Part shown: positions 35,787-35,826 of the stretch, piece by piece | Numbering within the stretch: position 1 is the stretch's first letter | How the letters are laid out: each line of letters opens with the position of its first letter | NCBI GenBank assembly: GCA_046758745.1 | Contig: JBHIAV010000032.1 | Coordinates: 1-35,826 of the forward strand | Source of the DNA: Gemmatimonadota bacterium | Lineage (GTDB): Bacteria > Gemmatimonadota > Gemmatimonadetes > Palauibacterales > Palauibacteraceae | Direction of reading: 5' to 3' | Length of the DNA: 35,826 nucleotides | Translations under genes and position numbers: made by a program | Notes under the pieces: generated by a model | What the model was told of the DNA's origin: nothing | The model's database searches: none | Seen by the model: the letters and a program-made list of their open reading frames with translations, nothing else

Positions 35787-35826
35787 ATGAGGAGAAACAG
35801 CGTGCTTTCGGCAGCAGTGTTGGTTG
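35787..35826 (+). CDS. Start of a probable exported protein (runs off the window)
   Basis: AGGAGG SD, then ATG 35787: MRRNSVLSAAVLV..., which looks like a signal peptide. Confidence 0.55.
   Translation, partial: MRRNSVLSAAVLV

Noticed and set aside
1-35826. tRNA, rRNA, IS/transposase, integrase or phage genes
   Set aside because: No cloverleaf/T-loop signature, rRNA-like segment, or recombinase or phage motif was recognised by eye. A covariance-model search was not run.

Overview
A very GC-rich, gene-dense bacterial window. The gene content (BTAD-ATPase/TolB-propeller regulator, M61 peptidase, many lipoproteins) suggests a Gemmatimonadota-like host, which is an inference. About 30 CDSs can be supported; I saw no rRNA, tRNA, CRISPR array or transposase. 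The ordinary content includes an M61 aminopeptidase, DinB, an O-methyltransferase, a three-gene korC-korA-korB-type 2-oxoacid oxidoreductase, an ABC-type ATPase, MaoC, a nucleotidyltransferase, YbaK, YjbQ, GYD and a BNR propeller. Four loci stand out. (1) A pair of lycopene-cyclase-domain membrane proteins, the second fused to a DgkA/undecaprenol-kinase domain, with no carotenoid genes nearby. (2) A solute-binding lipoprotein / histidine kinase / sigma-54 response regulator operon, followed by twin GTGTCC-N4-GGACAC palindromes and a sigma-54 promoter that point at a TPR lipoprotein. (3) A non-canonical D-Ala-D-Ala-ligase-like ATP-grasp enzyme paired with a four-zinc-ribbon HEXXH metallopeptidase. 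(4) A transmembrane BTAD-ATPase regulator split from its extracellular sensor domains exactly at a (CCCCT)4 tract, where loss of one unit restores a single ORF. Short tandem duplications are common throughout. Family calls come from motifs recognised by eye; no database search was run.
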